From the NCBI RefSeq assembly GCF_902713615.1, contig NC_052160.1:24453856-24517855 (forward strand): a DNA stretch of 64,000 nucleotides, read 5' to 3'. The notes below the pieces were generated by a model that was not told the origin of the DNA, made no database searches, and worked only from the letters and a program-made list of their open reading frames with translations. Below, piece by piece: positions 11,123 to 22,785 of this stretch (the first letter of the stretch is position 1; each line of letters opens with the position of its first letter). This DNA is from Scyliorhinus canicula (lineage: Eukaryota). The translations under genes were made by a program, and so were the position numbers.

Positions 11123-11523
11123 CTTTTGCCATCTTAACATCCCCAGTTTTTATTGTGCCTCCATTGGTGACCGTACCTTCAGAGGCTGAGCCCCTAGATT
11201 CTGGCATTCCCACCCTAACTTTCTCTGTCTCGCTACATCACTTTCTCCCTTTTAAGATGCTCCTTAAAATTACCACTTGACCGAACTTATGGTCATCTGC
11301 CCTAACATTTCCTTAAGTGATTCATTTTGTCCGATTAATGCTCCTGTGAAGCTCCTTGGGGATTAGTAAACGAGAGGCCGGCTCGGAGAGCATTGGAGCC
11401 GCCTGTCTTTGCACCGCTAACATGTTTTACCACCTGACCTGATCCGGAGACAACTGGGGTTCTAGATTTGGGGTTTAAGATTAAGATGCTTTCTGGTCCC
11501 AGTGACATAAGGATTGGTAAACT

Positions 11524-11747
11524 GGGGCAGCGCAGTGGCACAGTGGGTTAGCCCTGCTGCCTCACGGTGCTGAGGTCCCAGGTTCGATCCCGGCTCTGGA
11601 TCACTGTGGAGCTTGCACATTCTCCCCGTGTTTGCGTGGGTTTCGCCCCCACAACCCAAAGATGTGCAAGGTCGGTGGATTGAACTCGCTAAATTACCCC
11701 TTAATTGGAAAAAAAATTAATTGGGTACTCTAATTTAGAAAAAAAAA
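11524..11747 (+). mobile_element. Short V-SINE
   Basis: imperfect 14-bp TSD GGATT(G/A)GTAA(A/G)CTG. Confidence 0.88.
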
Positions 11748-12604
11748 GGATTAGTAAGCTGCCAGATCTACACTTCTGCAACACTGACATCCACCCATGG
11801 GAGGTGCACCTCACAAGCCGACCTCCCTTGAGTGGCACCAGGTGCCACGTTGGCTGCTAGAGGGGCTGACGTCTCCCCACTGATAAACCAGCCTCGTCAT
11901 TCCCCTCCTTCCATCAAGGCAGGTTCAATCTAAAGGGATTGTGCTCCCAAGGGAACGTTAGAACTCACTGGGGAAGAGCTTTAAACAGAAGGGCTGGTTC
12001 TCGGTCAACCTGGGCTAGTTTTTATCCTGTGATAATTTTCCCTGTTAAGTGACATTTGTGCCAGTCTCTGCTGTTGCGACGTTGTTTGGAACGTCCCTGG
12101 AGGGTTTTTGGAGGTGCTGTGATGAGTTGCTGGATTTGCCAGAGGGTGTTGCTGCCTCCTGACAGTGAAAGCAGAGGATTTAGTGATCAATCCACTCGTG
12201 GGTTGCAGCTGGTATGAGACAGCAGAGGCAGTCTGGGTCTGTGGCAGGGGAGCTAGAGAGGGAAAGCTCTGTGCCATTCTATCTGCCAACTTGGAACCCG
12301 ACTCCTCTGTGCTCCTTGATGGTGACAGGAGGCAGACTGGCAGACTAGCCAATGCACTCAACATCTCAGTGTGCATGCTTATCAGCACTCCCCTATACGC
12401 TGCCCCATCACCATATCCAAGTTCTGTGTGAGCTATGGCTCTGTTGATTAAAATCTCATCTCTGAGCCAGCAACTTGTGGTCAAGTCCCACATGAGCATA
12501 AAAATCAAGGGTGACACTCCAATGCAGCACCGAGGGAGTGCTGCACTGTCAGATGTGTCCTCGTTCCTCATATTTATGTCCTCGTATTTATCCATGTCCT
12601 AAGT

Positions 12605-12700
12605 TTTTTTTCATGTAAGGAATGATCTGTTTTGGCTGTACCCAGAGCAATACTTTTCACTGAACCTCGATACACGTGACAATAAATCCAAATCCAAATC
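12605..12700 (+). mobile_element. Rex1-type 3' tail fragment
   Basis: aatacttttcactg...cacgtgacaataaatccaaatccaaatc matches the tail of the 22786 element. Confidence 0.75.
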
Positions 12701-13228
12701 ATTCAAGTGAATGCAAAAGCTCCCATCCTCACTATTTAAAAGAGCGAGTGGGGGAGATCTCCATGCTGCCCTTCAAAATGTATTTCTCACACAGCATCAC
12801 AAAATGATTATCTGCTCATTGTCACATTGCTATTAATGGGAGCTTACTGTGCGCAAATTGTTTTTAAAGCTCTTTGGCATATTTGGTGGCACCATATAAA
12901 TACATGTATTTCTTTTCACACAAGTGCCATTCAGTGACCATCTCCAACAAGAGAGAATCTAGCTCCCTGCCCTTGAGATTCAATGGCATCACTGTTGCCA
13001 AATCCCCAACCACCAACATCCTGGAAACACCCACCGTTGATCAGAAACTGAATTGGACTGGCCACATAAATACTGTGGCTGCAAGAGCAGGTCAGAGGCT
13101 GGGATTTCTGGCGAGTAACTCAACCCCGACTTCCCAAAGCCTGTCCATCATCTCCAAGACACATCAGGAGTGTAATGGAATTCTGGCGAGTAACTCAACC
13201 CCGACTTCCCAAAGCCTGTCCATCATCT

Positions 13229-14935
13229 TTCTTCACAGTGGAAGACGTTAGTAATATCCCAAAAATTATAAAGGGTCAGGGGGCTGAGTTGAGTATGGTT
13301 GCCATTACAAAAGAGATGGTGCTAAAAAAGCTAAAAGGTCTTAAAATTGACAAATCTCCTGGCCCCGGTGGGCTACATCCTAGAGTTCTGAGGGAGGTGG
13401 CTGAAGAAATAGCGGAAGCGTTGGTTGAGATCTTTCAAAAATCACTGGAGTCAGGGAAAGTCCCGGACGATTGGAAGATCGCTGTTGTAACCCCCTTGTT
13501 CAAGAAAGGATCAAGACAAAAGATGGAAAATTATAGGCCAATTAGCCTAACCTCGGTTGTTGGTAAAATTCTAGAATCGATCGTTAAGGATGAGATTTCT
13601 AATTTCTTGGAAGAGCAGGGTCGGATTAGAACAAGTCAACATGGATTTAGTAAGGGGAGGTCGTGCCTGACGAACCTGTTAGAATTCTTTGAGGAGGTGA
13701 CAAGTAGGTTAGACCAGGGAAACCCAGTGGATGTGGTCTATCTGGATTTCCAAAAGGCCTTTGATAAGGTGCCACACAGGAGGCTGCTGAGTAAGGTGAG
13801 GGCCCATGGTGTTCGAGGTGAGCTACTGGCATGGGTTGAGGATTGGCTGTCTGACAGAAGGCAGAGAGTTGGGATAAAAGGTTCTTTTTCGGAATGGCAG
13901 CCGGTGACCAGCGGTGTCCCACAGGGTTCAGTGTTGGGGCCGCAGCTGTTCACCATATATATTAATGATCTGGATGAAGGGACTGGGGGCATTCTAGCGA
14001 AGTTTGCTGATGATACGAAGTTAGGTGGTCAGGCAGGTAGTGCTGAGGAAGTGGGGAGGCTGCAGAAGGATCTAGACAGTTTGGGAGAGTGGTGCAGGAA
14101 ATGGCTGATGCATTTCAACGTGAGAAAATGTGAGGTCTTGCACTTTGGAAAAAAGAATCCAAGCATAGACTACTTTCTAAACGGTGAGAAAATTCATAAT
14201 GCCAAAGTACAAAGGGATCTGGGAGTGCTAGTCGAGGATTCCCTAAAGGTAAACATGCAGGTTGAATCCGTGATTAAGAAAGCGAATGCTATGTTGTCAT
14301 TTATCTCAAGAGGGTTGGAATATAAAAGCAGCGATGTGCTACTGAGCCTTTATAAGGCTCTGGTTAGGCCCCATTTGGAGTACTGTGTCCAGTTTTGGGC
14401 CCCACATCTCAGGAAGGACATACTGGCACTGGAGCGTGTCCAGCGGAGATTCACACGGATGATCCCTGGAATGGCGGGTCTAGCATATGAGGAACGGCTG
14501 GCGTTCCTGGGATTGTATTCATTGGAGTTCAGAAGGTTAAGGGGAGATCTAATAGAAACTTACAAGATAATACATGGCTTAGAAAGGATGGACGCAAAGA
14601 AACTGTTTCCGTTAGGCGAGGAGTCGAGGACCCGTGGGCACAGCCTTAGAATTAGAGGGGGTAAATTCAAAACAGAAATGCGGAGACATTTCTTCAGCCA
14701 GAGAGTGGTGGGCCTGTGGAATTCATTGCCGCAGAGTGCAGTGGAGGCCGGGACGCTAAATGGCTTCAAGGCAGAGATAGATAAATTCTTGATGTCGCGA
14801 GGAATTAAGGGCTATGGGGAGAATGCTGGGAGGTGGAGTTGAAATGCCCATCAGCCATGATTGAATGGCGGAGTGGACTCGATGGGCCGAATGGCCTTAC
14901 TTCCACTCCTATGTCTTATGGTCTTATGGTCTTAT
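13229..14935 (+). mobile_element. Young 5'-truncated CR1-clade LINE; open RT frame to 14842
   Basis: KSPGPGGLHPRVL, NYRPISLTS, DFQKAFDKV, GVPQGSVLGP, FADD motifs; (CTTATGGT)n tail. Confidence 0.96.
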
Positions 14936-15118
14936 CTCCAAGACACATCAGGAGTGTAATGGATGAGTGACTCTCCAACAACACTCAAGAAGCTTAACAC
15001 CATCCAGGACAAAGCAGCCCGCTTGATTGGCATCCCTTCCACTACCTTAAACATTCACTCCTGCCACCGACAAACAGTGCCAGCAGTGTGTACCAGGTAC
15101 AGAGTGCCTGCTGCACGA

Positions 15119-15338
15119 GGGCAGCACGGTGGCGCAGTGATTAGCACTGCTGCCTCACGGTGCCGAGGTCCCAGGTTCGATCCCGGCTCTGGGTGACTGT
15201 TGTGTGGAGTTTATTCTTCCTGTGTTTGCGTGGGTTTCGCCCCCACAACCCAAAAGTTGTGCAGGGTAGGTGGATTGGCCACGCTAAATTGTCCATTTAT
15301 TGGAAAAAATTAATTGGGTACACTAAATTTTAAAAAAA
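15119..15338 (+). mobile_element. Short V-SINE
   Basis: TSD TGCCTGCTGCAC. Confidence 0.88.
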
Positions 15339-16879
15339 TGCCTGCTGCACTTCTCCAAGCCTCCTTCAACAGCTCCTTCCCAACCCTTGACCACTACCAC
15401 CTAGAAGGACGAGGGCAGCTGTTACATGGGAACACCACTACCTGCAAGTTCCTCTCCAAGTTACTCACCATCCAGACTTGGAAATATATTGGTGTTCCTT
15501 CACTGTCACTGGGTCACAATCCTGGAACTACCTCCCTGACAGCACAGTGGGTGCCCCTACACCACATGGACTGCAGCAGTTCAACAAAGAAATGAAATAA
15601 AGTCGGTCGCTGCAATCTGTGGTGGGTATGGAAGAATTTCTTGTTGTTCGACCTGACTTTGAATCCCAGTATTTGAGTAGGGGGGCAGCCTGTAGACGTC
15701 TTCCCGGTATGAGCTGGTGTTCCTGTGGACTGGGAGGTTTGGCAGATTATTTACGTTCCTGTGATGGTGAAATGGCCTTGGCGGTAGAGATGCTCCAGAG
15801 ATGTCTCGGAGCTGGAATCTCCAGCCTTGCGAGGGTTAAGGGGGAGGGAGGGAATTTCAAAAGTCAGGTAAACCATGTGCCCTGGGTGCTGCGACGTGAA
15901 GGTCAGGTGAGTGTTGCAGTAGGCGGGTGAGAGGGAATAGAGAAATGAATGGAAACTCACAGTGTGGACAAATCGGCACCAATTCATTCAAGGCTGGACC
16001 ATCGCAATGTGGTGGCGTAACTGGGCAGAGTAGAATAGGGTGTAACAGAGTGGGATGTGGCAACCTGGGGCTGGAAGGCAGAGGTCGATAAGGGTGCTGT
16101 GTCGAGCTAATTGACCAAAGGAGTGAACACTCAACTAAACAGTGACATAATTTCTGGGTTAATGCACTTGGCTTCCTATTGCTTCTAAAGCCCCCACTGC
16201 TTGGCTCCAGGAACAAACTGCACCCACTGTCCAAATTTAATCTTGTATGAGGAGGTGTGAGCCAGTTAATTGCATTGGCACTGTGAATGCTGCTGTGAAA
16301 GCTGGAGGTGTCACTTTTCCAGCTGTAAGTGTTAAGCTTGGCGTGTTGATCTCTGTATTTTGTGTGGGGGTGGAGGGCTAGGCAGGGCAGGCTTTCACAA
16401 ACCTGCTCCCCACAAACAGTTTAAGAAGCTGCGAGATTGTCAGCCCATCCTTGTGGTGGTGAGTGGAGGGGAAGGCTCCTTTGGCAGCACCTCCCAAACT
16501 CACAACCTCTACCACCTAGAGGGACAAAGGTAACAGTGTCCTGGGAACACCACACAAGATCCCCTCCAAATGACACAGCATCGTCACTTGGAAATATATC
16601 GGCGTTCCTTCACTGCTGCTGGGTTAAAATCCTGGAACTCCCTCCCTAACAGGGCTGTGGGTGTACCTACCTGTGGGTGGCTCAAGGAGGCAGCTCACCA
16701 TCACCTTCTCGAGGGCAATTGGGCATGGACAATAAATGCTGGCCTGGCCAGTGACACCCACACCCAGAGAATGAAGATGTGATCCATTCCCAATTTCGGT
16801 AAGTACATTACTGTGGCTCAGTACAGACGGTGACAAGAGACTCTGAAGTCACGGTTTGAATTGTCTCATAAATGACGAA

Positions 16880-17088
16880 GTGGGTTAGCACTGCGGCTTC
16901 ACGGCGCCGAGGTCCCAGGTTCGATCCCGGCTCTGGGTCACTGTCCGTGTGGAATTTGCACATTCTCCCCGTGTCTGTGTGGGTTTCACCCCCACAACCC
17001 AAAGGTGTGCAAGGTAGGTGGATTGGCCATGATAAATTGCCCCTTAATTGGAAAAAAATGAATTGGGTATTCTAAATTTTAAAAAAAA
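16880..17088 (+). mobile_element. Short V-SINE
   Basis: family match. Confidence 0.85.
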
Positions 17089-17236
17089 GAAATCCCACTG
17101 TTGGAAGTGCAAACTTGCTACACTGTTCAATAGAAGGCGGATGGGTTGGGGCGGCAGGCTTGCTTCAGCGTCACTCTGCCATAGTCGTAATCCTCGTAAA
17201 ACGTTTCTAACCCTGAAGATGTTTGTTCTTCCTCAG

Positions 17237-17348
17237 ATTTCTCACTGGCCCTTATGATATCAACAATCCCGAAGTCGCGGTTCGGTTTCCCAGGATCTTT
17301 GTGAATACTGACAGTGCCTATGAAGAATTGCACTTGATTGTCTACAAG
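17237..17348 (+). CDS. CCZ1: CCZ1 exon 10, FLTGPYDINNPEVAVRFPRIFVNTDSAYEELHLIVYK
   Basis: ctcAG / GTgaaa, 112 nt. Confidence 0.95.
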
Positions 17349-19517
17349 GTGAAATCTGTCTTCAAACTAACGTGCAAAAACCTCATGCCGATAGATAGCA
17401 AGGGACAGACTCACACCACAAACAATATTTGAATGAGTAATGAACAAGTATAAAGCAGGGAGCTTTTCCCTTTCCGAAAGCATCACAACCATCAGATCAT
17501 CACAAGTGTTGTCCAGCCAGTGAAACATTTCTTGTGTAGTCACTCTTGTAATGCGCAAAACGTGGCAGCAATTTGTGGGCAGCAAGCTCCCACACATATC
17601 AGCGTGATAATGGCCAGACAAACTGGTTTAGTGGTGTAGGTTAAAGGAATAAATATTGGCCAGCACACCATCAGGCTCTTCCTTGCATAGCCCCACATCC
17701 TCCTCAGGCGGAATCTTGAGTTTAACATGTCATCTGGAAGCAGCACCCGTAACAGTGCAGAACGCTCTCAGTGCTGAAGTGTGCGTGTCAACCTGGAGTG
17801 GGCCTTCAACCCACAACCATTTGGCTCCAGATGACAGAGTGCTACTCACTGGGCTTTGGCTGCTATTAAAGTCCAGTACCTGCAGTCACATTCGTTTTGT
17901 TCTTGTGCAATGTGGCAAATCTTAAATAATTAACAAGGGACTTAAAACAACCCTGAGTTTGCAGGTAAATACAAAATTGTGTAATTGAGACCTACCCTCA
18001 TTAGTTTGTGACATGGCCAAAACACAAAAGCAATACTAACTTGAAGCCAACCTGTGTGGGTGTCACTGCCCCTGTTTGATTAATGCTGATTGATAGCTGT
18101 ATTGTTCAGAGAACTGAGAAAAGTTCTTTGGTGATGCAGTTGTTTGAGCACCAAGGTAACTGATCCTGCCTTCAGCTGATCCATCGCTTTGGATTTTTCT
18201 GGATAAAAAGGCCATGTAAACTCTACATGTAGAAGTGAAGCCGTGGCCCAGAGAAATATGTGGCCCCAGATAGGAATCATAACCTGGCCAATAACAAGTG
18301 ACTAGGGCAATTCAATGGGGGGTTTGTGATTTACATCAAAGATCTTTCTTATAGGGGATCACTTATTGATAGGCTGTCACTGTCCTTGGGTTGACTATCG
18401 TTGTAGCCCTCAGAATATTTCTGCTTCCCTCCTGAATTAAGCAATATAAATCCTGGTTGGGTTTCGGATGCTCCATAGTCTCTCGATCATTGACCCGTTC
18501 TTCGCTCCCTTTAGGTTGTGGAGGCAGTTGGCTAATTTAAGGATTCTCTCATTCTCCATTAAGGAACATCATTCCCCCCCCCGAGCACTCTGCCCATAAC
18601 CATTGGCGCTTCCTCGGGTTAGCTATAATACTTAACCTTCATCCAAGACTTGGGGTGATCAGGGACTGGTGGTACTATCTACCATCATTGAACAGTAACC
18701 GGCTTTAATTCCTGACCTGCCCTGACCTCCAAAGTAAAGGTTTTGATCACTGAATACAGATGATTTGTTCATTATCTCCATGCTGTGTGTGGGAGTTTGT
18801 GGCGTGAGAATTGGTTGCTGTTTCCTACATTACGGCAGTGACTACATTTTCAAAAAGTACTTCAATGGCCGTAAAGCGCTTTGGGATGTCCCAAGGTGCT
18901 GTAGAAATGCAAGAACTTTGTTTTCTTCTTAAATCAAATATTTTGAGAGACCCGTTGGCTGTGGTCTTGAGCTTGATGATTTTTCTCTTATAACGTGTTG
19001 TATTTGTAAAGAATATTGGTCACTTGCTACATTGAAAACATTAATTCACAGTTTAGCTCACTTCAACTCAATGTCTGCACGACTGATTGCACCGTCTCCC
19101 TGTGTTTGCATGGGTTTCGCCCCTTAATTGGAAAAAATGAATTGGGTACTCTAAATGTATTTAAAAAAAAATTCTTGTAATGCCTAGATGCAGTAAAACA
19201 TTACTGGCCTGTTGCGTGATGAACAGGCAGTTTGTGTTGGGCCGAGAATGGGTTCTCGGCGTTTTTTGGCTATGTTTCCCGTCATGTTTTTTTTTACTGT
19301 TTGTGTGTCACTGTATAATTAAACTAAAAGAACTTCAGTTGCAGTGTTATGACACTTCCACCAGAGGTCAACAGTTGGGGGCATCGAATCATTTAAAGTT
19401 AATATATTTTTAAAAATTAAAATCACAAACTGAGGTTTAATTCTTAAGGAATAGAATGATTGATTCTGACTTGGGTAATATATAGAAGTTATTACATGTA
19501 GCATATCAAAACACATT

Positions 19518-19738
19518 GGGCGGGAGTCTCTCAGCCCACGCCGGGCCGGGGAATCGTCGGGCCGGGAACGAATCGCGCGACGCCGCCCTGCTGATTCTCC
19601 GGAGAGCGGAGAATTGTCGCCGGCGCGGTCAGCACGGCTCGGAATCGCTGCACCTGGGGGCCTGTTGACACCGTCGTGAAACGCGACGGAGTTTACGACG
19701 CCGTCAACACTTAGCCTCAGGATCAGAGAATCCCGCCC
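19518..19738. mobile_element. GC-rich MITE, probably PIF/Harbinger-type
   Basis: TIRs GGGCGGGA(G/T)TCTCT, 3-bp TSD ATT. Confidence 0.85.
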
Positions 19739-19818
19739 ATTGTACGTAGTCTGTGTAGCTTCATTGTAGGTTAAATACATCACTGATTTAAGGGCCTGTT
19801 ATTTTATTTATATAGTGT

Positions 19819-20146
19819 TCAAAAAAGACATTTTGTTGAAGCTTTTCATTTTGCCCTCATCAGAACAATCGCAAGAATACCAACATCAGGGGAAACAACA
19901 ACTTTATACTGTATGGGAAGCTGTTTATATTGTATGTGAGCTGATTGGCAAGTGGACTCTGATTTGTAGAGATGTTGCCATGGAGAATGTACCAGTTGAT
20001 GGTGACTGACACTTAACGGCCTAGCATTATTAGAAATGTAAACCTGTGCTTGGCAATTAAACAGTACTTGTTTCCCCTGACATTGTTATTCTTGCCATTA
20101 TACTGATCAGTGCAAGATTAAAGTCTTTGACAAAATGCGTTTTTCA
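19819..20146. mobile_element. Second copy of the inverted-repeat hammerhead element
   Basis: about 80-bp inverted termini; shared core ctctgatt(g/t)gta(g/a)ag...catggagaat. Confidence 0.8.
19833..19868 (-). ncRNA. Minimal type I hammerhead ribozyme motif (best preserved copy)
   Basis: TTGTT-CTGATGA-GGGCAAAAT-GAAA-AGCT-TC-AACAA; stem I perfect, core intact, stem II damaged. Confidence 0.7.
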
Positions 20147-20276
20147 AAAATTCCCGTTCTGTTCCACCAAAAAAAACTAGATGCATTATTATAATTACGC
20201 CCATGTAATATGTAAAAGGTTCTATGTTTCAATTTTAGCATTTTAGCATGCTTACCTGCTTTGTTTATGTTTCCAG

Positions 20277-20310
20277 GCTATGAGTGCAGTGGTTTGTTTT
20301 CTGATTAACG
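20277..20310 (+). CDS. CCZ1: CCZ1 exon 11, AMSAVVCFLIN
   Basis: tccAG / GTgagt, 34 nt; similar to AMSAAVCFMID. Confidence 0.93.
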
Positions 20311-20377
20311 GTGAGTTGCTTTATTTAATTGTTTGGAACCTGTTTTAATTTCCAATATTTATAATCGTTTTCCATTA

Positions 20378-20546
20378 ATGAAAATGAAAATCGCTTATTG
20401 TCACGAGTAGGCTTCAATGAAGTTATTGTGAAAAGCCCCTAGTCGCCACATTCCGGCGCCTGCCCGGGGAGGCTGGTACGGGAATCGAACCGTGCTGCTG
20501 GCCTACTTTAAAAGCCAGCGATTTAGCTGAGTGAGCTAAACCAGCC
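20378..20546 (-). mobile_element. Very short SINE: second tRNA head joined to Rex1-like tail
   Basis: GGCTGGTTTAGCTCA head; cttttcacaata...ctcgtgacaataag + (TTTCA)n tail. Confidence 0.85.
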
Positions 20547-21073
20547 AAGATCCCACAGTAAATTTGGATGTGGAAGACCAGCTTGGTTCATTTATCCAGT
20601 TAGACACGCATCTTCACCCATTGCAGTATTTAATTTATTATTAAAAGTTTCCAGTATTTCTGCCTCTATTCTGGGCAGGTTTCCAGATTATATCTTGATC
20701 ACTCATTTAAATCCATTTCTAAAAATGAAGGTGTAAATTTCACCCATATTCGTTCATCTAGGTTGTGGTGCCATCCTAATATGAGGTAATCAGTGGAATT
20801 TGTTGAGAGAACGCTTTGAAGACACGTTTGGCATCCTTCTCTCCCAGCACTCTCTGTTGCTCGCTGACCTATTCTGACTCCAAGCCCAGTACTGTTTTGA
20901 CCAGGAAAATTCTTATCCTTGAGTTTACATCCCTCCATTAATGCTCTCTCTATCCTTGTAACCTCCTCTGATATATCTGTGATTACCCCAATTCTGGACA
21001 CTTCCTTTGATGGTCCCCCCACCCTTTTTGACCATTGGAATGGTGATTGTTAATATTCATGTTTTATCCTTAG

Positions 21074-21191
21074 CCTCCGTGGAGCTGACTCGAGAATTTT
21101 GCCAGAGGTTGGACAACCTTGTGGGACCTCAGCTCACACTCCTGGCTTCAGATATCTGTGAACAGTTCAATACAAACAAGAGGTTATCTGC
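21074..21191 (+). CDS. CCZ1: CCZ1 exon 12, (A)SVELTREFCQRLDNLVGPQLTLLASDICEQFNTNKRLS
   Basis: cttAG / GTaagt, 118 nt. Confidence 0.95.
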
Positions 21192-21266
21192 GTAAGTATG
21201 AACAGACCTCTTGTAGTAAAGCAGATCACTGTGCAATGGAAAGGGATGTATGTGTGCATCCATGGG

Positions 21267-21572
21267 TGTGGTGAATGTAATTCACACTGTAATATATATT
21301 ATACCATGTCACTGTAAGCTCGACATATGAGCAGTTGTGTTGCCCTACCACTAGGGGGAGTTGCACTGGGAATGTACAGGAGTTTGTACTGGGCTCCACC
21401 CTTGGCTCCACCCATGGCTCCTCCCCCTAGACTTAGTATAAAGGATGATGCCAAAGAGCCAGCCACCAGTTCATCTGGAGTTCATCGTGTCACAGGCTGG
21501 TTCTGTTGTAAGTTGATTAAAACCACTGTTCACATCCGAAAGCACGTGTCTCGTGAATTGATGGTCACATCA
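21267..21572 (+). mobile_element. Solo LTR (306 bp)
   Basis: TG...CA termini, 5-bp TSD ATGGG (21262-21266, 21573-21577), TATAAA near 21437, ATTAAA near 21516. Confidence 0.88.
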
Positions 21573-21603
21573 ATGGGGAACTAGATCGCTCCAAGAAACG
21601 GGA

Positions 21604-21930
21604 TCATAGAATCCCTACAGTGCAGAGGGAGGCCATTCGGCCCATCGTGTCTGGCCCGACCCTCTGAAAGAGAACCCTATCCAGGCTCCCCCTATCACTG
21701 CAAACCCGTAACCCCACTTATCCCGCGCATCCCTGAACATTAAGGGCAATTTAGCACGACCAATCCACCTAAATCCTTCACATTTGTGGACTGTGGGAGG
21801 AAACCGGAGCTCCTGGAGGAAACCCACGCAGACAAGGGGAGAAAGTGCTAACTCCACACAGTCACCCAAGGCAGGAATTGAACCCGGGTCCCTGGCGCTG
21901 TGAGGCAGCAGTGCTAACCACTGTGCCACT
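21604..21930 (-). mobile_element. HE1-like SINE with CR1 tail
   Basis: gatgggccgaatggcctcc...ctgtagggattctatga tail. Confidence 0.88.
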
Positions 21931-22194
21931 CGGAAATCTGCAGAAAATGAGTAACTTTGGGGAAATGAATGGGGGTAGGGTAGGTTTAATATTCAGAAAT
22001 GTTGACAGTAGCAATTTAAATCACTATCTTCGGATGGTTCTGTAGTTTTACCCTGTTCGTTGCTCTGAAAGAGGTAAAGGAAAGAAAATCACTTCTGACT
22101 CCACAATAACACCCAGACCCACCCTCACACGGAACAACGGGACACCCCGTGCAAATACGATTCCCTAGTAGTGCAGCCACCACACCAACCTCTC

Positions 22195-22715
22195 ACCCCC
22201 CCCCCCTCTTAAATTCTAGTCCAACCCCCCCCCCTTTCCTGGTCTGAGACCCCTCAATCTCTCCTGGACTAACCTCCTCCTTGGCTGACTGCCTCCCCTC
22301 CGGTCCAAACCATCCCCCCTTCCCAGTCCAACACCCATCCCCCTCCCCGTCCAACACCCATCCTCCTCCCGGTCCGACACTCATCCTCCTCCGCTTCCTG
22401 GTCGAATACCATTCCTCCTCCCACTCCTGGTCCCACACCCCACCCCCTCCTGGTCCGACACCCATTCCCTCCCCCCTTCTGGTCCGACACCCATTCCCCC
22501 CCCTCCCCCCGGTCTGACATCCGTCCCCTTCCCCCTCCTGGTCCAACCCCCCTCCCCTACCCTACCCCTCCTGGTCCGACAGCCCTCTCCCATCCTGTCC
22601 CCATCTGACATTCCCCCACTCCCTCCCAGTCTGACACCCCTCCCCATCCCAGTCTGATCCCCACCTTTCCCCAGATTGACACTCCCAACCCCCTCTGGTC
22701 TGAAACACCCTGGTC
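22195..22715. repeat. Degenerate C-rich tandem repeat (core CCTCCTGGTCCGACACCC)
   Basis: recurrent (C)nTGGTC(C/T)GACACCC units of about 25-30 bp. Confidence 0.8.
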
Positions 22716-22785
22716 ATGGAAGATCCTCGGCGCTATTATGAATAAGAGCAGGTGCACTTATTAATACTTATTCCTTACTCAACAT

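Larger units (their letters stand above)
12920..15590 (+). mobile_element. Older CR1/L2-group LINE 3' fragment hosting the CR1 and a SINE insertion
   Basis: same sequence family recurs at 16475-16780, 29610-30170 and 48318-49895 (gtggctacaagagcaggtcagaggctgggaat...). Confidence 0.7.

Noticed and set aside
13175-13228. ATG start of the 555-aa ORF as a real gene start
   Set aside because: Comes from the flanking duplicated older repeat and is in frame with the truncated CR1 by chance
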